DNA of 64,000 bases, taken from Squalus acanthias. Taxonomy: Eukaryota. The position numbers and the translations under genes were made by a program. The stretch lies in assembly GCA_030390025.1 (NCBI GenBank), contig CM059433.1:868001-932000 (forward strand), read 5' to 3'. The notes under the pieces are model-generated. The model did not search any database, was not told the origin of the DNA, and saw only the letters and a list, made by a program, of their open reading frames with translations. Shown piece after piece: positions 1-11,589 of this stretch. Every line of letters begins with the position of its first letter. The stretch's first letter is position 1.

Positions 1-715
1 AGGAGGTTTCCTTGCCCATGCTTGACCTGAAGCCATGAGACTTCATGGGGTCCAGAGTCAATGTTGAGGACTCCCAGGGCCACTCCTTCCCGGCTGTATA
101 CCACTGTGCCACCACTCCTGGTGGGTCTGTCCTGCCAGTGGGACAGGACATACCCAGGGATGGTGATGGAGGAGTTTGGGACATTGGCTGAAAGGTATGA
201 TTCTGTGAGTATGACTAGTCTGTGGGACAGCTCTCCCAATTTTGGCACAAGTCCCCAGATGTTGGTGAGGAGGATTTTACAGGGTCGACTGGGCTGGCTG
301 TGTCATTGTCGTGTCCGTAGCCAGTGCCAAGGTCAATGCCGGGTGGTCCGTCTGGTTTTATTCTTATTGTTTTTTGTAGCGGTTATTTACAACTGAATGT
401 ATTGCTAGGCCATTTCAGAGCGCAGTTAAGAGTCAACCACATTGCTGTCGGTCTGGAGTCACATATAGGCCAGACCAGGTAAGGATGGCAGATTTCTTTA
501 CTTAAAGGACATTAGTGAACCAGATGGGTTTTTATGACAATCCGATAGTTTCATGGTTACCGTTACTGATGCTAGCTTTTTATTCCAGATTTATTTAATT
601 AACTGAATATAAATTCCCCAGCTGCCGTGATGGGATTTGAACTCACGTCTCCAGATCATTAGTCTAGGCCTCTGGATTACTAATCCAGTAACATAACCAC
701 TATGCTACCATTCCC
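1..715 (-). mobile_element. 5' end of a non-LTR retrotransposon: tRNA-like (Pol III A/B box) head followed by an APE endonuclease reading frame; continues beyond the window start
   Basis: Minus strand begins GGGAATGGTAGCATAGTGG (A-box-like, ~715-697), with B-box GAGTTCAAATCCC at 644-632. Manual translation of 278..1 (-) gives KILLTNIWGLVPKLGELSHRLVILTESYL...IPGYVLSHWQDRPTRSGGTVVYSREG, matching the APE motifs N.xGL, TES, GY and DR..GG. Confidence 0.75.
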
Positions 716-897
716 GGTAATTGGGCTTGGGCTTGTTAAGCACGCCCAGCGCGTTTCCCGGCCAATTAGAGGAAGCGGGTCTGGTGACGTCATTTGATGA
801 TGCTTCATCAGCCGGCTTCCTTCAAGGGACCATGGCCAACTTTCATTTCACATTTGTGCTGTCAGTGTTCTACAGTATTGAGGTGCTGCAAACACTA

Positions 898-1130
898 ACA
901 AGCACTGCACAGAGGTACACGGCTGCACCCAGGTTCTCACATGACTCCCTCCATATACTTATGGATGGAGTCACAGCACACAGGGAGGACCTCTTCCCTT
1001 CCCATGGGCGGAAAAGAACTCCCCAGGACACCAACGCAGCCTGGTTGCACATTGCACAGGAGGGCACAAGCAGGGATGTGGTCAGGAGGGCCTGGGTGCA
1101 GTGCACAAACCTTTCAATGATCTCAGTAGA
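898..1130 (+). pseudogene. Harbinger Myb/SANT-like DNA-binding protein, exon 1 remnant
   Basis: Translation AAPRFSHDSLHILMDGVTAHREDLFPSHGRKR...AWLHIAQEGTSRDVVRRAWVQC shows the R.F...L.....LF...W..IA......R...QC pattern of Harbinger Myb/SANT proteins. Confidence 0.8.
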
Positions 1131-1614
1131 TCATGAAACGTTACTGCAAAGCCACACTCACCTTCATCCTGCTGTGCCTCTCATCACATCCCCATCACTC
1201 TGCCTTCCCTACCCTACTCCTGCACATCCTTACTCACACCAACTTACCTTGCACCTCCACCCATCCCTCTTTATCTACATTATCACATCCCCATCTCACT
1301 AGCAACCCCTCACACTCACCCTCATCCTAGTGCAATCATACCAACTAACAACACACAAGGGTAGGCACTTGGGTGTTTTAGCCAATGTTCATGTAAAGTT
1401 TCTGTTAATGTGGTGTCAAACATTGAAATCCTTATTGTCACCACTTTGCATTCTTGGACAGATTTGTCTGCACCTTTGGAAGTGGCTTAGTGAGTTGCAG
1501 TGAATGGTGAGACATAACGGTACCCCCCGCAATGGCAACGAGTGTGAAAGGAATGGCTTGGACATTGTAGGGATGGTTTATGGTGTTGGTGTGGGGTGGT
1601 GCCAACCTGGCACA

Positions 1615-1854
1615 TCATGTGGCAGCCAGGGTGTACAGCGTGAAGTGAAGTAAATGTGGCCATGGTGAGGCCATCCCTGGCCTCCCGGGCAGCAATGTGG
1701 TCGGGTGCTGATGTCCTGTGTCCTGTGCAGCATCAGGTAATTGTGGAGAAGGTTGGTGTTGTTGGTGATGCTGGTGTGCCTGGTGATGCTGGTGTTGGGG
1801 CTGATCGTGGTGGGATTCTGAGGACCACATTGAGAGAGTTTCAAGGGCACCCAT
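1615..1854 (-). pseudogene. Harbinger transposase remnant (H/Q-rich N-terminus fused to extreme C-terminus, catalytic core deleted)
   Basis: MGALETLSMWSSESHHDQPQHQHHQ...DAAQD matches 34881-34750. The sequence after it matches the C-terminal region at 33740-33680. Confidence 0.75.
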
Positions 1855-3008
1855 GCTGATGGAATATATGGCAGGTGAAGTAGAGATGACAGAAGCAGTC
1901 TGTCAACGGTGGGAGAGGTAATGAGGTCAGACTGGATGAAGACTTGTGTGAAGACTTGCAGCATCCTGAATCTGTAGTGGAAATGCAATTTAGTGAAGCC
2001 AGTGGTGAAGGGAACATATCTCAATCAGCTGGGAGCTTTGACTTGATATTTGAAGCTGTCAACTCATCAGTTGATTCAATGGCCACTGACCTCCCGCCTC
2101 AGCTTCACAGATGAGGTCCAGGCGCAGCGGGAAACCGGTGAGCGACCAGTCAAATCCAAAAAGCTGGGAAAAACCATGGATAAGTGGCTGTAAACAAGCC
2201 AAAAATGATTTGAATTGCCTCCCCCGCCGCTGCCTGTCGGGTCTGCTCAGCGCCGGCAGACCCGACATCGGGAAAGTCCAGTGTGAGCGTTTTGCCAGTG
2301 GGTTCCCGACCCACTGTCAATCATTTTAAATTTAACAGCTGACCCACCACCCATCCCGTCCGCTGAGTGCCGGCAACATTCTGGCCAAAGTCATCATTTA
2401 CTGTAATCAATCTGTTTTGGTTTCTTCTTGCATTCTCTTTATCTTCCTTCTTAATAAACCTGATTCATAGTTGCCAGTTTTTTGGTCTGTTTGTCTGGTA
2501 TTTGTTGTCGTTCAGAGAGATCAGGAGGATATGGTTGGATCCTATACAATTTCCAGTGCCTAGCTTAATTGTAAAAGGGCTTCATTGTTCATCCTGCAGC
2601 CGACATTTCAGTTCATGTGATAGCTTGCTTACGGAAGTGGAATTTTACACTAGACACCAAGAAAAAGTATCTGGAACAGGCTCAAACCATAACAATTAGG
2701 TAGCAAACATAAAATCAAATGCAGACAAATCTGCCACATACATTTCCAATGAAAAACTACTAAGGATATATGAAAACAACTAATCAACAACATAATCATC
2801 AAAAGCTGCCAATAAAAGGGAAGCCAACAAGATCATTGCAATATGTTTTGGAAAATCCTTTGGCCACCATCTTGGACTCTCACTAAGTTCAGCACAGGGA
2901 ATAAGATTTGCAACGTAATAAAGATGTAAAATATCACAAAATTAGGAGGAAACAATTAAACTTGATTTTGTACACTCAAGATGTTTCTATCCATGTTTAG
3001 CATTTTTT

Positions 3009-3147
3009 TCAAATTCATTCTTGGGATGTGGTTGATGCTGGCAAGGCTGGCATTTTGTTGCCCATCCCTAGTTGCCCTTGAGAAGGTGGTGGTGGGACAT
3101 CTTCTTGAACCATTGCAATCTGTGTGGTGAAGGTGCGCCCACTATGC
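3009..3147 (-). mobile_element. Short LINE/SINE 3'-end fragment
   Basis: Minus strand ends ...CAAGGGCAACTAGGGATGGGCAACAAAATGCCAGCCTTGCCAGC...GAATGAATTTGAAAAAAA. Recognised from memory as a common chondrichthyan retroposon tail. Confidence 0.5.
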
Positions 3148-3149
3148 AT

Positions 3150-3425
3150 TCAAGATCTGAGCCTCTAAGAGAGTGAGGAGAGAGGTTAAGAGAAATTTCT
3201 TTATGCAGAGAGTTTATCCAGCATGGAATGCTTTGTCAAAGAGAATAGATGAGGCAAAAACCATTTCATCTTCTGAGAAAATAGTAGATAAATATTTGAA
3301 GCAGAGTAAGATAAAGGGCTATTGTGACAGGGCAGGACAGTGGGATTGCTTTTGGATTGCACTATCAAACTGCCTACACAGTCATTATGGGCCAAATGGT
3401 CTCTTTCTGGGCTATAAACTTCTGT
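3150..3425 (+). mobile_element. Old CR1 LINE 3' fragment
   Basis: REVKRNFFMQRVYPAWNAL...IKGY matches the CR1 ORF2 C-terminus seen in the intact copies. Confidence 0.8.
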
Positions 3426-3683
3426 AATACTAAGTTTAGGGCTTCAATTCATGGGGAATCCCAGAACTATCACACTGAACTGAAAAGACTCAACAAGATA
3501 GCAGCCACAACTTCCATCATTTATCTGTGCTTACATTTGAGTGTGCTTGGACTTATTGGGGCGGTAATTTTAAATTTCACTGCTTTAACAGTAAACTGGC
3601 AGAGTGGATTGCTCACCCATTATAGAACCCGACCAATTTTCATTTCCATTGGGGATAATTTTCACATTCGCTGCTTGAATTAC

Positions 3684-4331
3684 TTAGAATGTACAGCTCA
3701 GAAACCAGCACAGACCAGCCCAAGTGGTCCGTGCCAGTGTTTATGCTCCAAACGAGCCTCCTCCCACCCCTCTTCATCTCACCCTATCAGCATACCCTTC
3801 TATTCCTTTCTCCCTCATGTGTTTATCTAGCTTCCCTTAAATACATCTATACTACTCCCTGTGGTAGCGAGTTCCACATTCTCACCACTCTCTGGGTAAA
3901 GAAGTTTCTCATGAATTCCCTATCGGATTTATTAATAGTTTTGGTCTCCCCCACAAGTAGAAATATCTTCTCTATGTCTTCCCTATCAAACTCTTTCATA
4001 ATCTTAAAGACCTCTATCGATCACCCCTCAGCCTTCTCTTTACTGGAGAAAAGAGCCCCAGTCTGTTCAATCTTTCCTGATAGTTATAGCCTCTCAGTTC
4101 TGGTATCATCCCTGTAAATCTTTTTTTGCACCTACTCCAGTGTCTCTACATCTTTCTTATAATATGGAGACCAGAACTGTGCACAGTTGTGGTCTAACCA
4201 AGGTTCTACACAAGTTTAACATACCTTCTCTGCTTTTCAATTCTATCCCTCTAGAAATGAACCAATGCTTTGTTTGCCTTTTTATGACCTTATTAGCTCA
4301 TGTCGCTACTGTTAGTGATTTGTGTATCTGT
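3684..4331 (-). mobile_element. Degraded CR1 LINE 3' fragment
   Basis: Similar to the CR1 3' ends at 4340-4950 and 22945-23240 (e.g. TTCCACATTCTCACCACTCTCTGGGTAAAGAAGTTTCTC). Confidence 0.8.
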
Positions 4332-7300
4332 AGCATAAGAACAGAAGAACATAAGAAACAGGAGCAGGAGTCGGCCAATCGGCCCCTCGAGCCTGCTCCG
4401 CCATTCAATAAGATCATGGCTGATCCAATCTTGGCCTCAACACCACTTTCCCGCTCTCTCCCCATAACCCTTGACTCCCTTGTAGTTCAAATGTCTGTCA
4501 ATCTCCGCCTTGAATATATTCAATGACTCCGCCTCCACAGCTCTCTGGGGTAGAGAATTCCAAAGATTCACGACCCTCTGAGAGAAGAAATTCCTCCTCA
4601 TCTCCGTCTTAAATGGGCGACCCCTTATTCTGAAACTATGCCCCCTAGTTCTAGATACCCTCACTAGGGGAAACATCCTCTCAGCATCTATCCTGTCAAT
4701 CCCCCTCAGAATCTTATATGTTTCAATAAGATCACCTCTCATTCTTCTAAACTCCAATGAGTATAGGCCCAACCTGCTCAAACTTTCATCATACGTCAAC
4801 CCCTTCATCCCAGGAATCAACCTCGTGAACCTTCTCTGAACTGCCTCCAATGCAAGTATATCCCTCCTTAAATATGGAGACCAAAACTGTACGCAGAACT
4901 CAAGGTGTGGTCTCACCAATACCCTGTACAGTTGCATCAAAACTTCCCTACTTTTATACTCCATACCCCTTGCAATAAAGGCCAACATTCCATTAGCCTT
5001 CCTAATTACTTGCTGTACCTGCATGCTAACTTTTTGTGTTTCATGTACTAGGATCCCCAGATCCCTTTGTACCGCAGCATTTTGTAGTCTCACTCCATTT
5101 AAATAATAATTTGCTTTTTCATTCTTCCTTCCAAAGTGGATAACCTCACATTTTCCCACATTATACTCCATCTGCCAAATTTTTGCCCACTCACTTAACC
5201 TATCTATATCCCTTTGCAGACTCTTTGTGTCCTCCTCACAACTTGCTAACCCACCTATCTTTGTATCATCAGCAAATTTGGCTACAGTACACTCGGTCCC
5301 TTCATCCAAGTCATTAATATAGATTGTAAATAGTTGAGGCCCCAGCACTGATCCCTGTGGCACCCCACTAGTTACAGTTTGCCAACCGGAAAATGACCCA
5401 TTTATCCCAACTCTCTTGTTTTCTGTTAGTTAGCCAATCCCCTATCCATGCTAATATATTACCCCCAACCTTGTGCAGTAACCTTTTTATGTGGCACCTT
5501 ATCGAATGCCTTCTGGAAATCCAAATACACTACATCTACTGGTTCCCCTTTATCCACCCTATTTGTTACATCCTCAAAGAACTCTAGCAAATTTGTCAAA
5601 CATGATTTCCCTTTCATAAAACCATGTTGACTCTGCTTGATTGTCTTATGATTTTCTAAATGTCCTGCTATTACCTCCTTAATAATGGATTCCAGCATTT
5701 TGCCAATGACAGATGTTAGGCTAACTGGCCTATAGTTTCCTGCTTTCTGTCTCCCTCCTTTCTTAAATAGTGGTGTTATATTTACGGTTTTCCAATCCGC
5801 TGGGACCTCTCCAGAATCCAGGAAATTTTGGTAGATTACAACCAACGCATCCACTATCTCTGCAGCCACTTCTTTTAAGACCCTAGGATGCAGGCCATCA
5901 GGTCCAGGGGACTTGTCGGCCTTTAGCCCCATTAGTTTGCCTAGTACTTTTTCTCTAGTGATAGAGATTGTTTTAAGTTCCTCGCTCCCTATAGCCCCTT
6001 GATTATCTATTATTAATGGGATGTTTTTAGTGTCTTCTACTCTCTTCCTTTTTATATACATGTAGAAGCTCTTACTGTCTGTTTTTATATTATTTGCTAG
6101 TTTACTCTCATACTCTATTTTCTCCCTCCATTATTATTTTTTTAGTCATCCTTTGCTGGTTTCTAAAAATTTCCCAATCCTCTGGCCTACCACTAATTTT
6201 TGCAACATTGTATGCCTTTTCTTTCAATTTGATACCATCCTTAACTTCCTTAGTTAGCCATGGATGGTGCATCCTTCTCGTAGAGTCTTTCTTTCTCACT
6301 GGAATAAACCTTTGCTGAGATTTATGAAATATCTCCTTAAATGTCTTCACTGCTGATCTACCATCTTACCCTTTAATCTATTTTCCCAGTCCACTTTAGC
6401 CAACTCTGTCCTCATAACCTTGTAATTGCCTTCAGTTAAGTTTAGGACACTAGTTTCAGACCCAAGTTTCTCACCCTCAAACTGAATTTGAAATTCTACC
6501 ATGCTATGATCACTCTTTCCTAGGGGATCCTTTACTATGAGATCATTAATTAATCCTGTCTGCGACCTCTCAATTTCATTACACATTACCAGATCTAAAA
6601 TAGACTGCTCCCTGGTTGGTTCCTCAATGTATTGCTCTAAGAAACCATCCTGAATACACTCTATGAACTCATCCTCAAGGCTACCCTTGCCAATTTGATT
6701 TGTCCAATCTATATGATGATTAAAATTGCCCATGATTATTGCAGTACCTTTCTTACAAGCCCTCATTATTTCTTGATTTATACTCTGTCCTACAGTATAG
6801 CTACTGTTAGGGGGCCTATATACTACTCCCACCAGTGACTTCTTACCCTTACTATTTCTTATCTCCACCCAAACTGATTCTACATCTTGATCTTCCGAGC
6901 CAATATCATTTCTCACCACTGCAGTGATCTCATCCTTTATTAACAGAGCTACCCCACCTCCTTTTCCTTTCTGCCTATCCTTCTGAAATGTCAAATACCC
7001 CTGAATATTCAGTTCCCAGCCTTGGTCACCTTGCAACCACGTCTCTGTAATGGCTATCAGATCATACCCATTTATTTCTATTTGTGCCATCAACTCATCT
7101 ATCTTGTTATGAATGCTGTGTGCATTCAGATAAAGAGCCTTTAATTTTGCCTTATCATTTTTCCTTACTCTGACTCTGTTTTCTGGTGCACTCTTATGCT
7201 TGTACGCTCTGCCCCTTCCTGATACATTCTGGTTATCGTTACCCCTGTTGTTGCCCTGCACTATTGCCTTCTCCTTTCTCTTTGCCTTCCTAAATACCCC

Positions 7301-7646
7301 TTTATCTGAACCCCTATCATCTATTTCCAGCTTAGCTTTTCTCCCTTCTGATTCTACCCTGAGATTCCCATCCCCCTGCCAAGCTAGTTTAAACCCTCCC
7401 GTGAGGATATTGGTCCTGTTCCCGTTGAGGTGCAACCCGTCTGGCTTGTAGAGGTCCCACCCCCCCCAGAAATGGTTCTAATTCCTCAGGAATCTAAAGC
7501 CCTCCCTCCTACATCATCTCTCCAGCCACGCATTCATCTGCTCTGTCTTCCTATTTCTGTACTCACTAGCACGTGGCACTGGTAGTAATCCGGAGATTAC
7601 TCCCTTTGAGGTCCTGCTTTTTAACCTCTTTCCTAGCTCCCTAAAC
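4332..7646 (-). mobile_element. CR1 LINE copy B: fragmented ORF2 (APE + RT) and 3' part of ORF1
   Basis: ORFs 6347-7435 (APE: YLNAHSI, ITETWL, GNFN, SDH), 6108-6350, 5459-6061 ([25 protein letters not shown]) and 4437-5363 ([12 protein letters not shown]). Tail of ATAAGAAC-like repeats at ~4335-4360. Internal deletions near 5470 and 6040. Confidence 0.95.
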
Positions 7647-7745
7647 ATAGAAACATAGAAACATAGAAAATAGGTACAGGAGTAGACCATTCGGTCCTTC
7701 GAGCCTGCACCGCCATTCAATGCGTTCATGGCTGAACATGCTACC

Positions 7746-10682
7746 TCAGTACCCCATTCCTGCTTTCTCGCCATACCCCTTGATCCCCTTAGTTGTGAGT
7801 GTTATATCTAACTCCCTTTTGAATATATTTAGCGAACTGGCCTCAACAACCTTCTGTGGAAGAGAATTCCATAGATTCACCACTCTCTGGGTGAAGAAGT
7901 TCCTCCTCAGCTCAGTCCTAAATGGCTTCCCCTTAATCCTTAGACTGTGACCCCTGGTTCTAGTTTTCCCTACCATTGGGAACATTCTGCCCGCATCTAA
8001 TTTGTCTAAACCAGTCAGGATTTTAAATGTCTCTATAAGATCCCCCCTCATTCTTCTGAACTCCAGAGGATACAAGTTCAGTTGACCCAATCTTTCTTGA
8101 TATGTCAGTCTGGCCATCCCAGGAATCAATCTAGTGAACCTTCGCTGCACTCCCTCAATAGCAAGAATGTCCTTCCTTAAGTTAGGAGACCAAAACTGCG
8201 CACAATACTCCAGGTGTGGCCTCACCAAGGCCCTGTACAACTGTAGCATCACCTCCCTACTCCTGTACTCAAATCCCCTTGCTATGAAGGCCATCATTCC
8301 GTTTGCTTTCTTGACTGCCTGCTGCACTTGCATTCCCACCTTCAGTGACTGATGTACCATGACGCCCAGGTCTCGTTGCACGTCCCCTTTCCCTAATCTG
8401 CCACCATTCAGGTAATAGTCCGCCTCTCTATTTTTACCACCAAAGTGGATAACCTCACATTTATCCACATTGTACTTCATCTGTCATACATTTGCCCATT
8501 CACCCAACCTGTCCAAGTCACTCTGTAGCCTCCTAGCATCCTCCTCATTGTTCACACTGCCTCCCAATTTAGTGTCATCCGCAAATTTGGAGATATTACA
8601 TTTAATCCCTTCGTCCGAATCATTAATATATAATGTAAACAGCTGGGGTCCCAGCACCGAACCCTGCGGTACCCCGCTGGTCACTGCCTGCCATTCTGAA
8701 AAGTACCCATTTACTCCTACTCTTTGTTTCCTGTGTGCCAACCAGTTCTCAATCCACGTCAACACATTACCCCCAATCCCATGTGCTTTAACTTTGCTCA
8801 CCAATCTCTTGTGTGGGACCTTGTCGAAGGCCTTCTGAAAGTCCAAATACACCACATCTACTGGTTCCCCCCTGTCCACCCTATTGGAAACATCCTCAAA
8901 AAATTCCAGAAGATTTGTCAAGCATGATTTCCCTTTCACAAATCCATGCTGACTTGGACCTATCATGTCGCCACTTTCCAAATGGTCTGTTATGACATCT
9001 TTAATAATTGCTTCCATCATTTTACCCACGACCGATGTCAGGCTGACCGGTCTATAATTCCCTGCTTTCTCCCTCCCTCCTTTTTTAAAAAGAGGGGTTA
9101 CATTGGCCACCCTCCACTCCATCGGAACTGATCCAGAGTCTAAGGAATGTTGGAAAATGATCGTCAATGCATCCACTATTTCCAAGGCCACCTCCTTAAG
9201 TACTCTGGGATGCAGACCATCAGGCCCCGGGGATTTTTCAGCCTTCAGTCCCATCAATTTCCCCAATACCTTTTCCCGACTAATAAGGATTTCCCTCAGC
9301 TCCTCCCTCTTACCAGATCCTCTGACCCCTTTTATTTCCGGCAGGTTGTGTGTGTCCTCCACAGTAAACACCGAACCAAAGTACTTGTTCAATTGATCAG
9401 CCATTTCCTTGTTCCCCATTACGACTTCCCCTGTTTCCGACTGCAGGGGACCTACGTTTGTTTTTACTAACCTCTTTCTTTTTACATATTTATAGAAGCT
9501 TTTGCAGTCCATTTTAATGTTCTCTGCAAGCTTCCTTTCATATTTTATTTTCCCTGCCCTAATCAAACCCTTCGTCCTCCTCTGCTGAGTTTTGAAGTTC
9601 TCCCAGTCCCCGGGTTTGCTGCTACTTCTGGCCAATTTGTATGCAACTTCCTTGGTTTTAATACTATCCCTGATTTCCCTTGTTAGCCATGGTTGAGCCA
9701 CCTTCCCTTTTTTATTTTTATGCCAGACCGGGATGTACAATTGTTGTAGTTCATCCATGCGATCTCTAAATGTCTGCCATTGCCCTTCCACTGATAGCCC
9801 CTTAAATATCGCTTGCCAATTTAACCTCGCCAATTCACGCCTCATACCCTCAAAGTTGCCCTTATTTAAGTTCTGGACCATGGTCTCTGACTTTACTGTT
9901 TCCTTCTCCATCCTAATGTAGAACTCCACCATACTATGGTCACTCTTCCCCAGGGGGCCTCGTACCACAAGATTGCTGATTAGTCCCTCCTCATTACACA
10001 ACACCCAGTCCAGGATGGCCTCCCCTCGAGTTGGTTCCTCAACATATTGGTTTAGGAAACCATCCCTTAAACACTCCAGGAAATCCTCCTCCACTGTATT
10101 GCTTCCAGTTTGAGTAGCCCAATCTATATGCATATTAAAGTCACCCATAATAACTGCCGTGCCTTTTTTGCACGCACCTCTGATTTCCTGTTTCATACCC
10201 TCCCCCACCTCACTACTGCTGTTTGGAGGTCTGTACACAACTCCCACTAACGTTTTCTGCCCTTTGGTGTTCTGCAGCTCAACCCATATTGATTCCACAT
10301 CCTCCAAGCTGATGTCCTTCCTAGCTATTGCATTAATCTCCTCTTTAACCAGCAATGCTACCCCACCCCCTTTTCCTTTTATTCTATCCTTTCTGAATGT
10401 TGAATACCCCTGGATGTTCAGTTCCCAGCCTTGATTGTTCTGGAGCCACGTCTCTGTAATCCCAATCACATCGTATCCGTTAACATCTATTTGCACAGTC
10501 AATTCATCCACCTTATTACGGATACTCCTTGCATTAAGACACAGAGCCTTTAGGCTTGTTTTATTAACATCCTTTGTCCTTTTAGACTTATGATTTAGTA
10601 TGGCCCTTTGTGTTTCTTGCCTTTGTTTACTCGGCCTTCCCCTATTGTTTCTCACCCTTCTAACATTTGTTTCTGACTGCAT
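7746..10682 (-). pseudogene. CR1 ORF2 (APE endonuclease + reverse transcriptase), ~978 codons with one premature TGA
   Basis: ORFs 8484-10682 and 7746-8480 are in the same frame, separated by one stop at 8484-8486 where copy B has Trp (WAKIWQM vs WANV*QM). Motifs [23 protein letters not shown] and FADD are present. Confidence 0.93.
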
Positions 10683-10729
10683 ATTACTTCCCCCTGTTTC
10701 GCTACATAGGTTCCCATTCCCCTGCCATA

Positions 10730-11589
10730 TTAGTTTAAATCCTCCCGAACTGCTTTAGCAAATATTACCCCGAGGACATCGGTTCCAGTCCTGCCCAAGT
10801 GCAGACCGTCCCTTTTGTACAGGTCCCACTTCCCCCAGAACTGGTTCCAATGCCTCAGGAATTTGAATCCCTCCCTCCTGCACCACTGCTCAAGCCACGT
10901 ATTCAATCTCACTATCCTGTTCTCTCTATTCTGATTAGCACGTGGCCCTGGTAGCAATCCAGAGATTACTACCTTAGAGGTCCTACTTTTTAATTTAGCT
11001 CCTAGCTCCCTAAACTCTGCCTGCAGGACCTCCTCCCTCTTTCTACCTATGTTGTTGGTACCGATATGGACCGCGACCTCTAGCTGTTCACCCTCCCCCT
11101 TCAGAATGTCCTGCAGCCGTTCAGTGACATCCTTGACCCTGGAACCAGGGAGGCAACATACCATCCTGGAGTCACGTCTACTGCAGAAACGTCTGTCTGC
11201 TCCCCTAACTATTGAATCCCCTATTACTATTGCTCTCCCTCTCCTCTTCCCCCCCCCCCCCCACCCCCTGTGCAGCTGAGCCTTCCATGGTGCTGTGGAC
11301 TTGGCTCTGGCTGCACTCCCCAGAGGAACCATCGCCCTTACCAATACTCAGCACCGAATACTGGTTGGTGAGCCAGATGGGCTCTGGGGACTCCTGCACT
11401 CCTCTTCTGTCTGACAGTCACCCATTCCCTCTCTGCCTGCACACTCTTAAGCTGCGGGGTGACCACCTCCCGAAATGTGCTATCCACGCAACTCTCAGCC
11501 TCGCGGATGCACAGCAGTGACTGCAGCCGCCGCTCAAGCTCCGTAACCCGGTGCTTGAGCTGCTGTAGCTGGCGACACTTCCCGCACAT
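10730..11589 (-). pseudogene. CR1 ORF1 (Cys motif/coiled coil + SGNH esterase-like domain), frameshifted
   Basis: CGKCRQLQQL...ELERRL, then VIGDSIVRG...CCLPG...HIGTN...DGLHL, typical of esterase-bearing CR1 ORF1. The frame changes around the poly-C run at ~11250-11262. Confidence 0.85.

Larger units (their letters stand above)
718..2386. mobile_element. Internally deleted (non-autonomous) PIF/Harbinger element, same family as 31311-46445; left end missing
   Basis: Colinear similarity to 31450-32060, 33400-33740 and 34750-35100. Right end CAACATTCTGGCC (to 2386) resembles the TIR of the large copy. Contains a Myb/SANT exon (+) and a transposase N-terminus fused to its C-terminus (-). Confidence 0.85.

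Noticed and set aside
632..715. Functional tRNA gene
   Set aside because: A and B boxes are present, but I see no complete cloverleaf, and the sequence continues into a retroposon body.
2367..2699. Hydrophobic 110-aa ORF or possible exon after CCTGCAG
   Set aside because: It arises from T-rich sequence, begins inside a transposon end, and has no recognisable domain.
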